A stretch of DNA of 31,438 bases. Origin: Clostridia bacterium (GTDB taxonomy: Bacteria; Bacillota; Clostridia; Christensenellales; Borkfalkiaceae). The notes under the pieces are model-generated. The model did no database searches and was not told where the DNA came from. It saw only the letters and a list, made by a program, of their open reading frames with translations. How positions within the stretch are numbered: the stretch's first letter is position 1; the number at the start of each line of letters is the position of its first letter. The DNA is taken from positions 1-31,438 of the forward strand of contig JAFVOV010000067.1 of assembly GCA_017505675.1 (NCBI GenBank), read 5' to 3'. Position numbers and translations under genes: made by a program. Positions 18,376 to 27,394 of this stretch are shown here, piece by piece.

Positions 18376-19171
18376 TTACAATATCCTTTAAATATTTTGA
18401 AATCTTTTTAACCCTACCCCAAAAGGTTAAACGGTGCGCTATAGCAAGGTATCTATACGCAACGAAAGCGTATTCAATCGCATCTTTATCTTCGCTTTCA
18501 ATAACGTTTGCAAGCATGTCTATAACCAAAAGAACGTCGTTTTTATCTTTAAGTTTGCCGTTTCTAACCTTTTGCTTATCTTCAACCAAAAGTTCTTTTA
18601 TAGCCTTTACGCTTACGCCGTAGGTTTTTTCAAGCAATTCTTTTTCTTTAGCGTCGCGCTCTTCTTTTTCCGCTCTTTCTTTTTCACGCTTTTTTTCTTC
18701 TTCGTTAAGCGCTTCAACGGGGTCTTGAAGTTTGCCGTCAATAACGCTTTCCATAAGCATTTTAACGGTGTTCTTAAAGGGTTTAATCATACCCGTAATA
18801 AAAGCGTCGTACCCGGAAGCGAAACTGCCGTCAACGTAAAAATATTTGGTGATAAATTCACTCATATTTATTCTTTTAGCATCAATATCAATAAGCGTTG
18901 CAAAGATAAACGCAAGCAACTCTCTTGAATTTGGTGGCAAAACGAATTCGCCTTTATCTGCAGATAAAAATTGACTTTTAACCAAATACTTCTTTTGCGC
19001 GCCCGCATAATCAAAATCCGTTAAGCAGTTTTTAAATAAAGCAAGTAGCGTATTAGAAAGCGCTATGGTTTTAAGTAAGTTTGCAATTTTTACGTCCGCA
19101 ATAATATATTTTGAATCAATAAGTTCTTCAGCGCGTTCTAAAAACGCGGTGAGTTCTTCATATTTTGTCAA
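18365..19171 (-). CDS. Hypothetical protein with central charged coiled coil
   Basis: 268-aa ORF, GGAGG RBS before a TTG start, 3' end overlaps nudF start; E/K/R-rich helix EEEKKREKERAEKEERDAKEKE. Confidence 0.8.
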   Translation of the reverse strand: MTKYEELTAFLERAEELIDSKYIIADVKIANLLKTIALSNTLLALFKNCLTDFDYAGAQKKYLVKSQFLSADKGEFVLPPNSRELLAFIFATLIDIDAKRINMSEFITKYFYVDGSFASGYDAFITGMIKPFKNTVKMLMESVIDGKLQDPVEALNEEEKKREKERAEKEERDAKEKELLEKTYGVSVKAIKELLVEDKQKVRNGKLKDKNDVLLVIDMLANVIESEDKDAIEYAFVAYRYLAIAHRLTFWGRVKKISKYLKDIVNAI

Positions 19172-19280
19172 AACAGTTTCCTCCGTTTAATATCAAAATA
19201 AATCTCTACTAATTATATCATACTTTTTTGACTTTATAAACTTATTTTGTCACTTTTTTACAATTTTTTCAGTAAAGTTC

Positions 19281-19308
19281 TTTACAAATTTTATTTTTGT
19301 GGTATAAT
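19281..19308 (+). promoter_or_regulatory. Candidate sigmaA promoter
   Basis: TTTACA (19281-19286), 16 nt, TATAAT (19303-19308) with extended -10 TG. Confidence 0.5.
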
Positions 19309-19338
19309 AAAAAACAGTAATATGGAGATTTTTGGTTT

Positions 19339-19863
19339 ATGCAGGTAAAAGGGGATTCGTCACTAAACAAGTTAATACTCCTTTTCGTCTTTGACAAAAT
19401 GGAAGTACCGCTGTCAGAAAACACGGTGCTTGATATGTGTTGCTCGTCAAACAACTGGCTTGCGTATATGGACTGCCAACCCATATTAAACCAACTTTTA
19501 GAATGCGGATGGATTTATAATATAGGCAACAGCGGTGAACCGCTTTACACCATCACCCCCGACGGGCGTATATGCCTTGCTAACTTTTTTATAAATATCC
19601 CCGCGTCTACCCGTGAAGAAATTTCTTTATTTATTAAAGTCAACCGCGCAAAATACCGCAGAAAGCAAGAGTGCGTTGCAGACTATTTTATGAATAAAGA
19701 CGGAACTTATACCGTATATTTAAAAATCATTGAACCCGCCCAACCCGTTTTGGAATTAAAATTAGTTGTTCCAAACAGGCAAATCGCCAAAGATATTTAT
19801 AAAAAGTGGGGCGAAAAAGCGCCGGACGTATACCGCAATATTTATGAAAATTTAGTAGATTAG
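19339..19863 (+). CDS. DUF4364 family (winged-helix) protein
   Basis: KLILLFVFDKMEVPL...YTITPDGRICL...ADY...Y.V.LKIIE...LELKLVVP pattern typical of DUF4364. Confidence 0.75.
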   Translation: MQVKGDSSLNKLILLFVFDKMEVPLSENTVLDMCCSSNNWLAYMDCQPILNQLLECGWIYNIGNSGEPLYTITPDGRICLANFFINIPASTREEISLFIKVNRAKYRRKQECVADYFMNKDGTYTVYLKIIEPAQPVLELKLVVPNRQIAKDIYKKWGEKAPDVYRNIYENLVD

Positions 19864-19883
19864 TTTTATTAGGAGATATTTAA

Positions 19884-20159
19884 ATGCAAACTTACATGAC
19901 CAGAGGAACTTGCTCAAGACAAATTTTATTTGACGTAACCGAAAACGATACCGTTACAAACGTTAAATTTATAGGCGGATGTAGTGGAAACCTTCAAGCA
20001 GTTGCAAGGTTAGTTGACGGAAAACATATTGACGAAGTTATTTCTACCCTTAAAGGAATTAAATGCAGAAGTAACACTTCTTGTGGCGACCAACTTGCTA
20101 TCGCGCTTGAAAATTATAAACAAAAAAAGAATTCCCCTGAAACTGAAAAGAAAAAATAA
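19884..20159 (+). CDS. TIGR03905 family TSCPD-domain protein
   Basis: GTCSRQI...VKFIGGCSGNLQ...LKGIKC..NTSCGDQLA signature. Confidence 0.88.
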   Translation: MQTYMTRGTCSRQILFDVTENDTVTNVKFIGGCSGNLQAVARLVDGKHIDEVISTLKGIKCRSNTSCGDQLAIALENYKQKKNSPETEKKK

Positions 20160-20166
20160 ACTATTT

Positions 20167-20195
20167 AAGCAACTTTTTTAGTTGCTTTTTGTTTT
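20167..20195 (+). terminator. Intrinsic terminator
   Basis: aagcaact / agttgctt stem followed by a T-rich tract. Confidence 0.6.
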
Positions 20196-20218
20196 ATATA
20201 AATTAAATAGGTAAAATT

Positions 20219-21223
20219 ATGAAAAAATATTTATTGCCAAAATCAGGTAACTTTTACAAAGCCAACTTACATTGCCACACTAATATTTCCGACGGTATGC
20301 TTTCCCCCGAACAAGTTAAAAAACTTTACGCGGATAACGGATATTCTATCGTTGCGTTTACCGACCACGACGTATTTTTAACGCATAACGATTTAACTGA
20401 CGAAAACTTTCTTGCGCTCAACGGTTACGAATGGGAAATTTACGAAAATTATCCTACTAAAAATTACTATAATAGAACTTTCCACGCTTGCCTTATTGCT
20501 AAAAACGATAAGTTAAACACGCCCGTTTTATTTCACCGTGAAAAGTATTTTATCGGTAACGGCGTTAAATACGTTGAGCAAATAAATTACGATAAAACCT
20601 TACCAGATTACGAGCGCGAATATAGCGCAGAATGCGCAAACACCTTATTTAAAGAAGCAAAAAAAGCAGGCTTTTTCACTACTTATAATCACCCCACTTG
20701 GTCTGGCGAAACTTACCGCGAATATATGAATTATATCGGTATGGACGCAATGGAAATTTACAACTGCGACTGCAATATGGTTGGTTTTGACGAATATAAT
20801 CCGCGCGTATACGAAGATATGCTACGCGATGGTAAACGCATTTTTTGCATTGCCGCAGACGATAACCACAACAAAATTAACGATATGGGCGGATTTATTA
20901 TGCTTAAAAGTGATAAACTTGATTATCAAAGCGTTATAAATTCACTCGTAAACGGATATTTTTATTCTTCTAACGGTCCGTTAATAAAAGAACTTTATCT
21001 TGATGGCGACACTTTACATATAACCACCGCTCCCGTAAGCACCATTACCCTAACAAACGCAATAAGGCGCGGAACAATAATACGCGCAAAAGACGGCGAA
21101 CAAGTTACCGAAGCGCAATTTAAAGTTTCAAAAGAAGATAAATTTATTCGCATAACGATTAAAGATAAAAACGGTAAATTCGCTTGTACGAACGCTTATT
21201 TCATGGACGAATTACTAAAATAA
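20219..21223 (+). CDS. PHP-domain metallophosphoesterase (CehA/McbA-like)
   Basis: KANLHCHTNISDG, AFTDHD, NGYE, YNHPTW, MEIYN, AADDNH metal-binding motifs. Confidence 0.85.
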   Translation: MKKYLLPKSGNFYKANLHCHTNISDGMLSPEQVKKLYADNGYSIVAFTDHDVFLTHNDLTDENFLALNGYEWEIYENYPTKNYYNRTFHACLIAKNDKLNTPVLFHREKYFIGNGVKYVEQINYDKTLPDYEREYSAECANTLFKEAKKAGFFTTYNHPTWSGETYREYMNYIGMDAMEIYNCDCNMVGFDEYNPRVYEDMLRDGKRIFCIAADDNHNKINDMGGFIMLKSDKLDYQSVINSLVNGYFYSSNGPLIKELYLDGDTLHITTAPVSTITLTNAIRRGTIIRAKDGEQVTEAQFKVSKEDKFIRITIKDKNGKFACTNAYFMDELLK

Positions 21224-21243
21224 AAATAGTATTAAAAATAAAT

Positions 21244-21271
21244 AACCGCCACGCTAAATATCGTGGCGGTT
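21244..21271. terminator. Bidirectional intrinsic terminator
   Basis: aaccgccacg / cgtggcggtt stem between convergent genes, A/T-rich flanks. Confidence 0.85.
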
Positions 21272-21278
21272 TTATTAT

Positions 21279-21722
21279 TTACATATCTTTTTCTAAAATA
21301 ACGGTAAAAGGTCCGTCGTTAATTTGGTTTATCTTCATATCTGCGCCAAAAACGCCCTTTTTAACCGTTAAACCTTGCTTAATAAGCCCTTCTAAAACGT
21401 ATTCGTAAAGTTCGTTTGCCTTATCAGGCGCTTCAGCAGATAAAAAATCCGGGCGGTTACCGTGCGAAGTATTAGCGTAAAGCGTGAACTGCGAAACGAG
21501 CAGAATTTCGCCATTAGTATCAACTATGGATTTATTTATCTTGCAGTTTTCATCTTCACAGATGCGGAGTGGCGGAATTTTTTTAATAAAGTAATCAGCC
21601 GTTTCTTTGGTATCGCCTTTTTTTACGCCTAAAAATATAACGTAGCCCTGCCCTATTTCAGAAATAAGTTTACCGTCAACTTTTAAATCTGCGCTTAAAA
21701 CGCGCTGTATAACTGCTTTCAT
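21279..21722 (-). CDS. dtd: D-aminoacyl-tRNA deacylase
   Basis: MKAVIQRV, SQFTLY, GNRPDF, GVFGADM, NDGPFT motifs. Confidence 0.97.
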   Translation of the reverse strand: MKAVIQRVLSADLKVDGKLISEIGQGYVIFLGVKKGDTKETADYFIKKIPPLRICEDENCKINKSIVDTNGEILLVSQFTLYANTSHGNRPDFLSAEAPDKANELYEYVLEGLIKQGLTVKKGVFGADMKINQINDGPFTVILEKDM

Positions 21723-21767
21723 AAATTCTCCTTTTAAGTACAGTTATCATATCATAATTTAAATTAT

Positions 21768-21796
21768 TTGACAAGCAAATATTAAACGGGTATAAT
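21768..21796 (+). promoter_or_regulatory. Consensus sigmaA promoter
   Basis: TTGACA (21768-21773), 17 nt, TATAAT (21791-21796). Confidence 0.85.
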
Positions 21797-21817
21797 ATTT
21801 ATTATAAGGAGAACGTT

Positions 21818-22519
21818 ATGGAAATTTTGGGTTTAGAAAAAATGTCGCTCGTCGATTACGACGGTTTAGTGGCTGCAACGGTATTTACCGGCGGATGCAA
21901 TTTTAAATGCCCGTTTTGCCACAATTCGCCGCTCGTTTTAGACTTTAAAACCCTACCTTCTATCCCCGAAAGCGAAGTTCTATCTTACCTAAAAAAGAGA
22001 ACAGGGATAATTGACGGCGTTTGCATTTCCGGCGGAGAGCCTACCCTTCAAAAAGATTTACCCGCGTTTATCGAAAAAATAAAAGCGCTAAAACTAAAAG
22101 TTAAACTAGACACTAACGGCACAGCGCCCGATTTAATTAAGACGTTAAACGAAAACGGGCTTGTTGATTATTTTGCAATGGATATAAAAAACGATAGAGC
22201 GTCTTACGCAAAGATTATCGGGTTTAATCAATACGATACTTTAAAGGTTGAAAAATCAGTAGATTACTTTTTAACCGCAAAAGTTGACTATGAGTTTAGA
22301 ACCACTCTTATAAACGAATATCACAAAAAGGAAAACGCTACTTTAATAGGCGAATGGATTAGTGGCGCTAAAAAATATTTCTTACAAAAATTTAAAGACG
22401 GCGGAAGTTGTATTATATCCGGCTTAACCGCAGTTGACGACAATACCGCTTTAGAGTTTTTACAAATAATAAAACAAGCTATTCCAAACGTAAAATTACG
22501 CGGATACGATATTACTTGA
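21818..22519 (+). CDS. nrdG: Anaerobic ribonucleoside-triphosphate reductase activating protein (radical SAM)
   Basis: SLVDYDG..AATVFTGGCNFKCPFCHN, GVCISGGEPTL, VKLDTNG, YFAMDIK, EFRTT; long-type NrdG. Confidence 0.88.
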   Translation: MEILGLEKMSLVDYDGLVAATVFTGGCNFKCPFCHNSPLVLDFKTLPSIPESEVLSYLKKRTGIIDGVCISGGEPTLQKDLPAFIEKIKALKLKVKLDTNGTAPDLIKTLNENGLVDYFAMDIKNDRASYAKIIGFNQYDTLKVEKSVDYFLTAKVDYEFRTTLINEYHKKENATLIGEWISGAKKYFLQKFKDGGSCIISGLTAVDDNTALEFLQIIKQAIPNVKLRGYDIT

Positions 22520-22571
22520 TTAAACTATAGATAAAAAATTTAAATTATACCGTTTAATTTTGATATTTGCA

Positions 22572-22600
22572 TTGACTTTATAAACGGATAATGATATAAT
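22572..22600 (+). promoter_or_regulatory. Strong sigmaA promoter for scfA
   Basis: TTGACT (22572-22577), 17 nt, TATAAT (22595-22600) with extended -10 TG. Confidence 0.75.
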
Positions 22601-22639
22601 AAATTAAAATAATCACTAAAATTACGGAGGTTACCCCAA

Positions 22640-22792
22640 ATGAAACATATTGAAACTATTGAAACCCGCAACCTTTGCGAAAGCGCTAAAAACGGTGGCT
22701 GTGGCGAATGCCAAACTTCTTGTCAGTCTGCTTGCAAGACCAGTTGTGGTATCGCAAATCAGCAATGTGAAAACGCTAAAGAAAGCGAATAA
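22640..22792 (+). CDS. scfA: SCIFF (six-cysteines-in-45) ranthipeptide precursor, 50 aa; not in ORF track
   Basis: Manual translation MKHIETIETRNLCESAKNGGCGECQTSCQSACKTSCGIANQQCENAKESE; GGAGG RBS; immediately upstream of the maturase. Confidence 0.97.
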   Translation: MKHIETIETRNLCESAKNGGCGECQTSCQSACKTSCGIANQQCENAKESE

Positions 22793-22809
22793 GAAAATGC
22801 TGAAAAATT

Positions 22810-22836
22810 ATACCGCCTGATAAAGGCGGTATTTTT
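22810..22836 (+). terminator. Terminator-like hairpin between scfA and scfB
   Basis: ataccgcct / aggcggtat stem followed by T tract. Confidence 0.7.
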
Positions 22837-22856
22837 ATTCACAAAGGAGCAATTTA

Positions 22857-24242
22857 ATGGTACATCAATATCAACTTGGCGGTTATAATATAGTTTTAGA
22901 TATTTGTTCGGGCGCAGTTCACGTTGTTGACGAAGTCGCTTACGATATAATTTCCGTTTACGAAAAATGCGATAAAGACGCGGTCTTAAAAGACATAAAA
23001 GCAAAATACTCTAACCGCGCGGATATAACTGACGCCGATATTGAAGAATGTTATCTTCAGGTTGAAGATTTAGTAAAAAAAGGCAAACTCTTTTCCCCTG
23101 ACGTTTTCGAGCCTATGGCAGGTAAACTTAAAGAAAAAACAGCCGGCGTTATTAAGGCGCTTTGCTTACACGTTGCGCACACCTGCAACCTTAACTGCTC
23201 GTATTGCTTTGCAAGCCAAGGTAAGTACCACGGCGAACGCGCCGTTATGAGTTATGAAGTTGGAAAAAGAGCGCTTGATTTTTTAGTTGAAAATTCTGGT
23301 TCTAGACGCAATTTAGAAGTTGACTTTTTCGGTGGCGAACCGCTTATGAATTTTGACGTGGTTAAAAAACTAGTTGCATACGCGCGTAGCATTGAAAAAG
23401 AAAAGAATAAAAACTTCCGCTTTACCCTTACCACTAACGGCGTGCTTATTGATGATGACGTTATAGATTTTGCAAATAAGGAAATGAGTAACGTAGTTTT
23501 ATCACTTGACGGTAGAAAGGAAATTCACGATAAGTTTAGGGTTGATTACGCTGGTAACGGCAGTTGGGAAAAAATAGTGCCTAAATTCCAAAAATTAGTT
23601 GAAGCGCGTGGCGGTAAAAATTACTATATGCGCGGAACTTTCACTCACTCTAACCCCGACTTTTTAGAAGATATAAAAGTAATGCTCGATTTAGGGTTTA
23701 ACGAATTAAGTATGGAACCCGTAGTTTGCGCGGCAGGCGACCCTGGTGAACTAACTGAAAAAGACTTGCCCGTCGTTTTAGAGCAGTATGAAAAACTTGC
23801 CGAACTTATGATAGAAAAAGATAAAGAAGGTAAGCCTTTTACTTTTTACCATTATATGATAGATTTAACGGGCGGTCCTTGCATATATAAGCGCATATCC
23901 GGTTGTGGCTCTGGTACGGAATATATGGCTGTTACCCCTTGGGGCGACCTTTACCCCTGCCACCAGTTCGTCGGTGATGAAAAATTTAAGTTAGGCGATA
24001 TTTATTCAGGTGTAACCAACACCAAAATTCAAAAAGAATTTGCAGACTGCAACGTATACGCGCGCCCCGACTGCAAAGACTGCTGGGCAAAACTTTACTG
24101 CTCGGGCGGATGCGCTGCAAACGCTTATCACGCAACGGGCTCTGTTAAAGGCGTATATAAATACGGTTGCGAACTTTTCAGAAAGAGAATGGAATGCGCC
24201 ATTATGGTTGCAATTTCCAGGGCTCTTAACGGTAAAAAATAA
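22857..24242 (+). CDS. scfB: Thioether cross-link-forming SCIFF radical SAM/SPASM maturase
   Basis: N-terminal RRE-like region, KALCLHVAHTCNLNCSYCF, DFFGGEP, SPASM motifs GCGSGTEYMAVTPWGDLYPCHQF and CKDCWAKLYCSGGCAAN. Confidence 0.96.
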   Translation: MVHQYQLGGYNIVLDICSGAVHVVDEVAYDIISVYEKCDKDAVLKDIKAKYSNRADITDADIEECYLQVEDLVKKGKLFSPDVFEPMAGKLKEKTAGVIKALCLHVAHTCNLNCSYCFASQGKYHGERAVMSYEVGKRALDFLVENSGSRRNLEVDFFGGEPLMNFDVVKKLVAYARSIEKEKNKNFRFTLTTNGVLIDDDVIDFANKEMSNVVLSLDGRKEIHDKFRVDYAGNGSWEKIVPKFQKLVEARGGKNYYMRGTFTHSNPDFLEDIKVMLDLGFNELSMEPVVCAAGDPGELTEKDLPVVLEQYEKLAELMIEKDKEGKPFTFYHYMIDLTGGPCIYKRISGCGSGTEYMAVTPWGDLYPCHQFVGDEKFKLGDIYSGVTNTKIQKEFADCNVYARPDCKDCWAKLYCSGGCAANAYHATGSVKGVYKYGCELFRKRMECAIMVAISRALNGKK

Positions 24243-25582
24243 TGGATACGCCTATTCGTGATTTTATAACCGAATATTCCTTAAAAAACCCTTTAAGGTT
24301 ACATATGCCGGGGCATAAAGGCAAAAACCTTACGGGTAACGAACGCGCGGATATAACTGAAATTGACGGCGCAGACAGTCTTTATTCAGCAAGCGGTATA
24401 ATAAAGAAAAGTGAAGAAAACGCAAGTTCACTTTTCGGCGCGAACACTTTTTATTCTACGGAAGGCTCTTCCCACGCAATACGCGCTATGCTCTATCTTG
24501 CCTTAAAACACGCTAAAGCACATAATATTAAACCTTTAATTTTAGCAGGCAGAAACGCGCACAAATCCTTTATAAGCGCCTGCGCGCTTTTAGATATTAG
24601 CGTTGAATGGCTTTACGGTTTTAACGATAATTCTTACCTTACCTGTAACATTTCGGTAGATACGATTAAAGATAAATTAAACCTTCTTTCCGATAAACCA
24701 CTTGCCGTTTATATCACTAGCCCAGACTATTTAGGTAATATTACCGATATAAAAGGTATTGCCGAGTTTTGCAAAAAAAGTGGAATTTTACTTTTGGTTG
24801 ATAACGCGCACGGCGCTTACACCAAATTTTTAAAAACTTCACTTCACCCTATCGACCTAGGCGCGACTGCTTGCGCTGATTCTGCGCATAAAACCTTGCC
24901 TGCGCTCACGGGCGCGGCGTATTTGCACCTAGCAAAAGACGCGCCAAGTGACTTTATAAGTCAAGCAAAAAACGCTCTATCTTTATTCGGCTCAACAAGT
25001 CCGTCTTATTTAATTTTGCAGTCTTTAGACCTTGTAAACGAATATATTTCAGACGGATATAAAGAAAAACTTAACTTTTTTACCGAGCAATTAGATAAAT
25101 TAAAAGAAACGCTAAAAAAAGCAGGTTATAATTTAATCGATAGCGAACCGCTTAAAATTGTGTTAAACGCAAAAAAATACGGTTATTACGGCTATGAATT
25201 AAACAACCTACTACTAAGTAACGGCATAATACCTGAATTTTACGATAGTGATTACGTTGTTTTAATGTTTACTTTAGAAAATAGCGAACATCTTGAAAGC
25301 ATTAAAAAAGTTTTACTTTCTATCCCAAAAAAGCCTGAAATTTTAAGCCGTCCCCCCGCGTTACGCGCGTTAAAACGGGCTTTAACCCCACACGAAGCCT
25401 TGCTTTCCCCAACGGAAATTATAAGCGTGAACGACGCGGAAAACCGAATTCTAGCAGACGTTACCGTTTCTTGTCCACCCGCCGTACCTATAGCGACTTG
25501 TGGTGAAATTATAGATAAACGCGCGATTGATTTATTTAATTATTACGGTATAAAAACTTGCGTAGTAGTTAAAAAAGCATAA
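24242..25582 (+). CDS. PLP-dependent Orn/Lys/Arg decarboxylase family protein
   Basis: LHMPGHKG, DITEIDGADSL, RNAHKS, LVDNAHGA, DSAHKT (PLP lysine), STSPSY, C-terminal PPAVP; TAATG overlap with scfB. Confidence 0.88.
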   Translation: MDTPIRDFITEYSLKNPLRLHMPGHKGKNLTGNERADITEIDGADSLYSASGIIKKSEENASSLFGANTFYSTEGSSHAIRAMLYLALKHAKAHNIKPLILAGRNAHKSFISACALLDISVEWLYGFNDNSYLTCNISVDTIKDKLNLLSDKPLAVYITSPDYLGNITDIKGIAEFCKKSGILLLVDNAHGAYTKFLKTSLHPIDLGATACADSAHKTLPALTGAAYLHLAKDAPSDFISQAKNALSLFGSTSPSYLILQSLDLVNEYISDGYKEKLNFFTEQLDKLKETLKKAGYNLIDSEPLKIVLNAKKYGYYGYELNNLLLSNGIIPEFYDSDYVVLMFTLENSEHLESIKKVLLSIPKKPEILSRPPALRALKRALTPHEALLSPTEIISVNDAENRILADVTVSCPPAVPIATCGEIIDKRAIDLFNYYGIKTCVVVKKA

Positions 25583-25588
25583 AAAATC

Positions 25589-25614
25589 ACCCCACCGAGT
25601 TAATTCGGTGGGGT
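25589..25614. terminator. Bidirectional intrinsic terminator
   Basis: accccaccga / tcggtggggt stem between convergent genes. Confidence 0.85.
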
Positions 25615-25621
25615 TTAATTT

Positions 25622-26881
25622 TTATTTTCTAACAGCGCCGTTGCCTTTTATAATATATTTTGTAGTTACCAAAGCGGAAAGCCCCATAGGTCCGCGAGCG
25701 TGCATTTTTTGCGTGCTTATGCCGATTTCTGCACCCAAGCCGAAAACGAAACCGTCAGTAAAACGAGTGGATGCGTTATGATAAACGGAAGACGCGTCAA
25801 CTTCATTTAAGAACTTTTGCGCGTTTTCAAGATTTTCAGTAATAATTGATTCAGAGTGGCGCGTGCCGTGTTCGTTTATATGCTCAATAGCCTGTTCTAA
25901 AGAATCAACCGTTTTAACTGAAATTATTGCCGCGCCGTATTCGGTATAAAAGTCTTCTTCTGTTGCGGAAGATAAAAACGGATAATCTTTAATAACTTCT
26001 TTCGCCCTTTCATCCGTGCGGATTTCCACTTGCTTTTCTTTTAACGCTTCTGCAATTTTAGGTAGCGCAGAATCTAAAATTTCCGAATGAATTACTATAG
26101 ATTCACACGCGTTACAAACGCTATAGCGTTGTGTTTTAGCGTTAAATATAATTTTTGCAGCCATATCAATATCAGCGCTTTTATCAACGTAAACGTGGCA
26201 ATTCCCCGTACCCGTTTCAATAATAGGTATAGTAGAATTTTCCACAGCCGCTTTAATTAGCGACGCGCTACCCCTTGGAATTAAAAGGTCAACGTATTTA
26301 TTCATTTTCATAAACGCAGTTGTCGTTTCCCTTGAAGTATCTTCGATTACCGAAACGGCGTTTGTATCAATACCGCAACCGTTAAGCGCTTCTTTTAAAA
26401 CTTTTACTATTGCAATATTAGAACGGAGCGAATCACTACCGCCCTTTAATATAACTGCGTTTGCCGTTTTAAAACAAAGCGCAAAAGCATCTGCCGTAAC
26501 GTTCGGGCGGGATTCGTAAATAATACCCACAACCCCGAAAGGTACGGTCTTTTTTATAATACTTATACCCTGCTCTTTATTCTCGTGCGAATAAACTATT
26601 TCATCAAGCGGACATTTAAGGGTGGCAACTTGTTCTAGCCCAACAGCCATACCTTCAATAACCTTTTCGTTTAAGGTGAGCCTATCAATAAACGCATCAG
26701 ACATTCCCTTTTCTTTAGCGCTTAAAATATCCGCAGTATTTTCCGCCATTAAATATTCTGCATTTAATCTTAAAAGGCTTGCCGCCCTTATAAGCGCCGA
26801 ATTTCTAACTTCTTCGGAAAGCATATTTAACCTTGCCGCCGCCTGCTTTGCTTTTTTACCAAGCGAAACTAAATCGTACAT
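25622..26881 (-). CDS. proA: Gamma-glutamyl phosphate reductase
   Basis: VPFGVVGIIYESRPNVT, ILKGGS, LIPRG, TGTGNCHVYVD, CNACE, NASTRFTDG, EIGISTQKMHARGPMGL. Confidence 0.97.
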   Translation of the reverse strand: MYDLVSLGKKAKQAAARLNMLSEEVRNSALIRAASLLRLNAEYLMAENTADILSAKEKGMSDAFIDRLTLNEKVIEGMAVGLEQVATLKCPLDEIVYSHENKEQGISIIKKTVPFGVVGIIYESRPNVTADAFALCFKTANAVILKGGSDSLRSNIAIVKVLKEALNGCGIDTNAVSVIEDTSRETTTAFMKMNKYVDLLIPRGSASLIKAAVENSTIPIIETGTGNCHVYVDKSADIDMAAKIIFNAKTQRYSVCNACESIVIHSEILDSALPKIAEALKEKQVEIRTDERAKEVIKDYPFLSSATEEDFYTEYGAAIISVKTVDSLEQAIEHINEHGTRHSESIITENLENAQKFLNEVDASSVYHNASTRFTDGFVFGLGAEIGISTQKMHARGPMGLSALVTTKYIIKGNGAVRK

Positions 26882-26884
26882 TTT

Positions 26885-27385
26885 CTACGCTCCTTTTCTA
26901 AAAATTTTAGCGTATATTCTTTTTAATTTACTCTTTATTTTTATTCTAAAGAAAAACCATTTAAGCCTAATTTTGCGTAGAGTTTTACGCTTATACCAAC
27001 GCTCAACCTGCTTAATATATTTTATATCACTACATTCTATATATTTTTTACCGCGGTAAAATCCGCTCATCACCCCGAAAACTTGCTCTTCAAGCACTTT
27101 TTCCAAAGCAAACTGGCTATCACCGCAAATAATATAGCCGTATTCGGTAGGTTGCATAACCCTGTGCAGAACGAACTTACCATCCGCGCGCTGATAAAGC
27201 GCAACGTCAAAGCGTTTTAATTTTTGCGTTTTTGGTAACACTATTACGGATTGCCCACGGTGCTTTAACGTGGGCCACATACTGTTCCCACCGGGTACGA
27301 ACGCCAACGCGCCGTTTTTAAGTAATTCCGTTTTATAATCAGACTTTGCGCCCGAAATAGTAGTATCTTTAACAACGTTTTCCAT
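26885..27385 (-). CDS. S24/S26-like peptidase family protein
   Basis: GNSMWPTL (catalytic Ser), DVALYQR, FVLHRV, CGD motifs; basic C-terminus. Confidence 0.7.
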   Translation of the reverse strand: MENVVKDTTISGAKSDYKTELLKNGALAFVPGGNSMWPTLKHRGQSVIVLPKTQKLKRFDVALYQRADGKFVLHRVMQPTEYGYIICGDSQFALEKVLEEQVFGVMSGFYRGKKYIECSDIKYIKQVERWYKRKTLRKIRLKWFFFRIKIKSKLKRIYAKIFRKGA

Positions 27386-27394
27386 ATCTTTTTA

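Noticed and set aside
19339-20159. DUF4364 plus stand-alone TSCPD protein as a novel RNR-linked module
   Set aside because: Both are common conserved Clostridia genes; proximity to nrdG/nrdD is loose and gives no direct evidence of a link.
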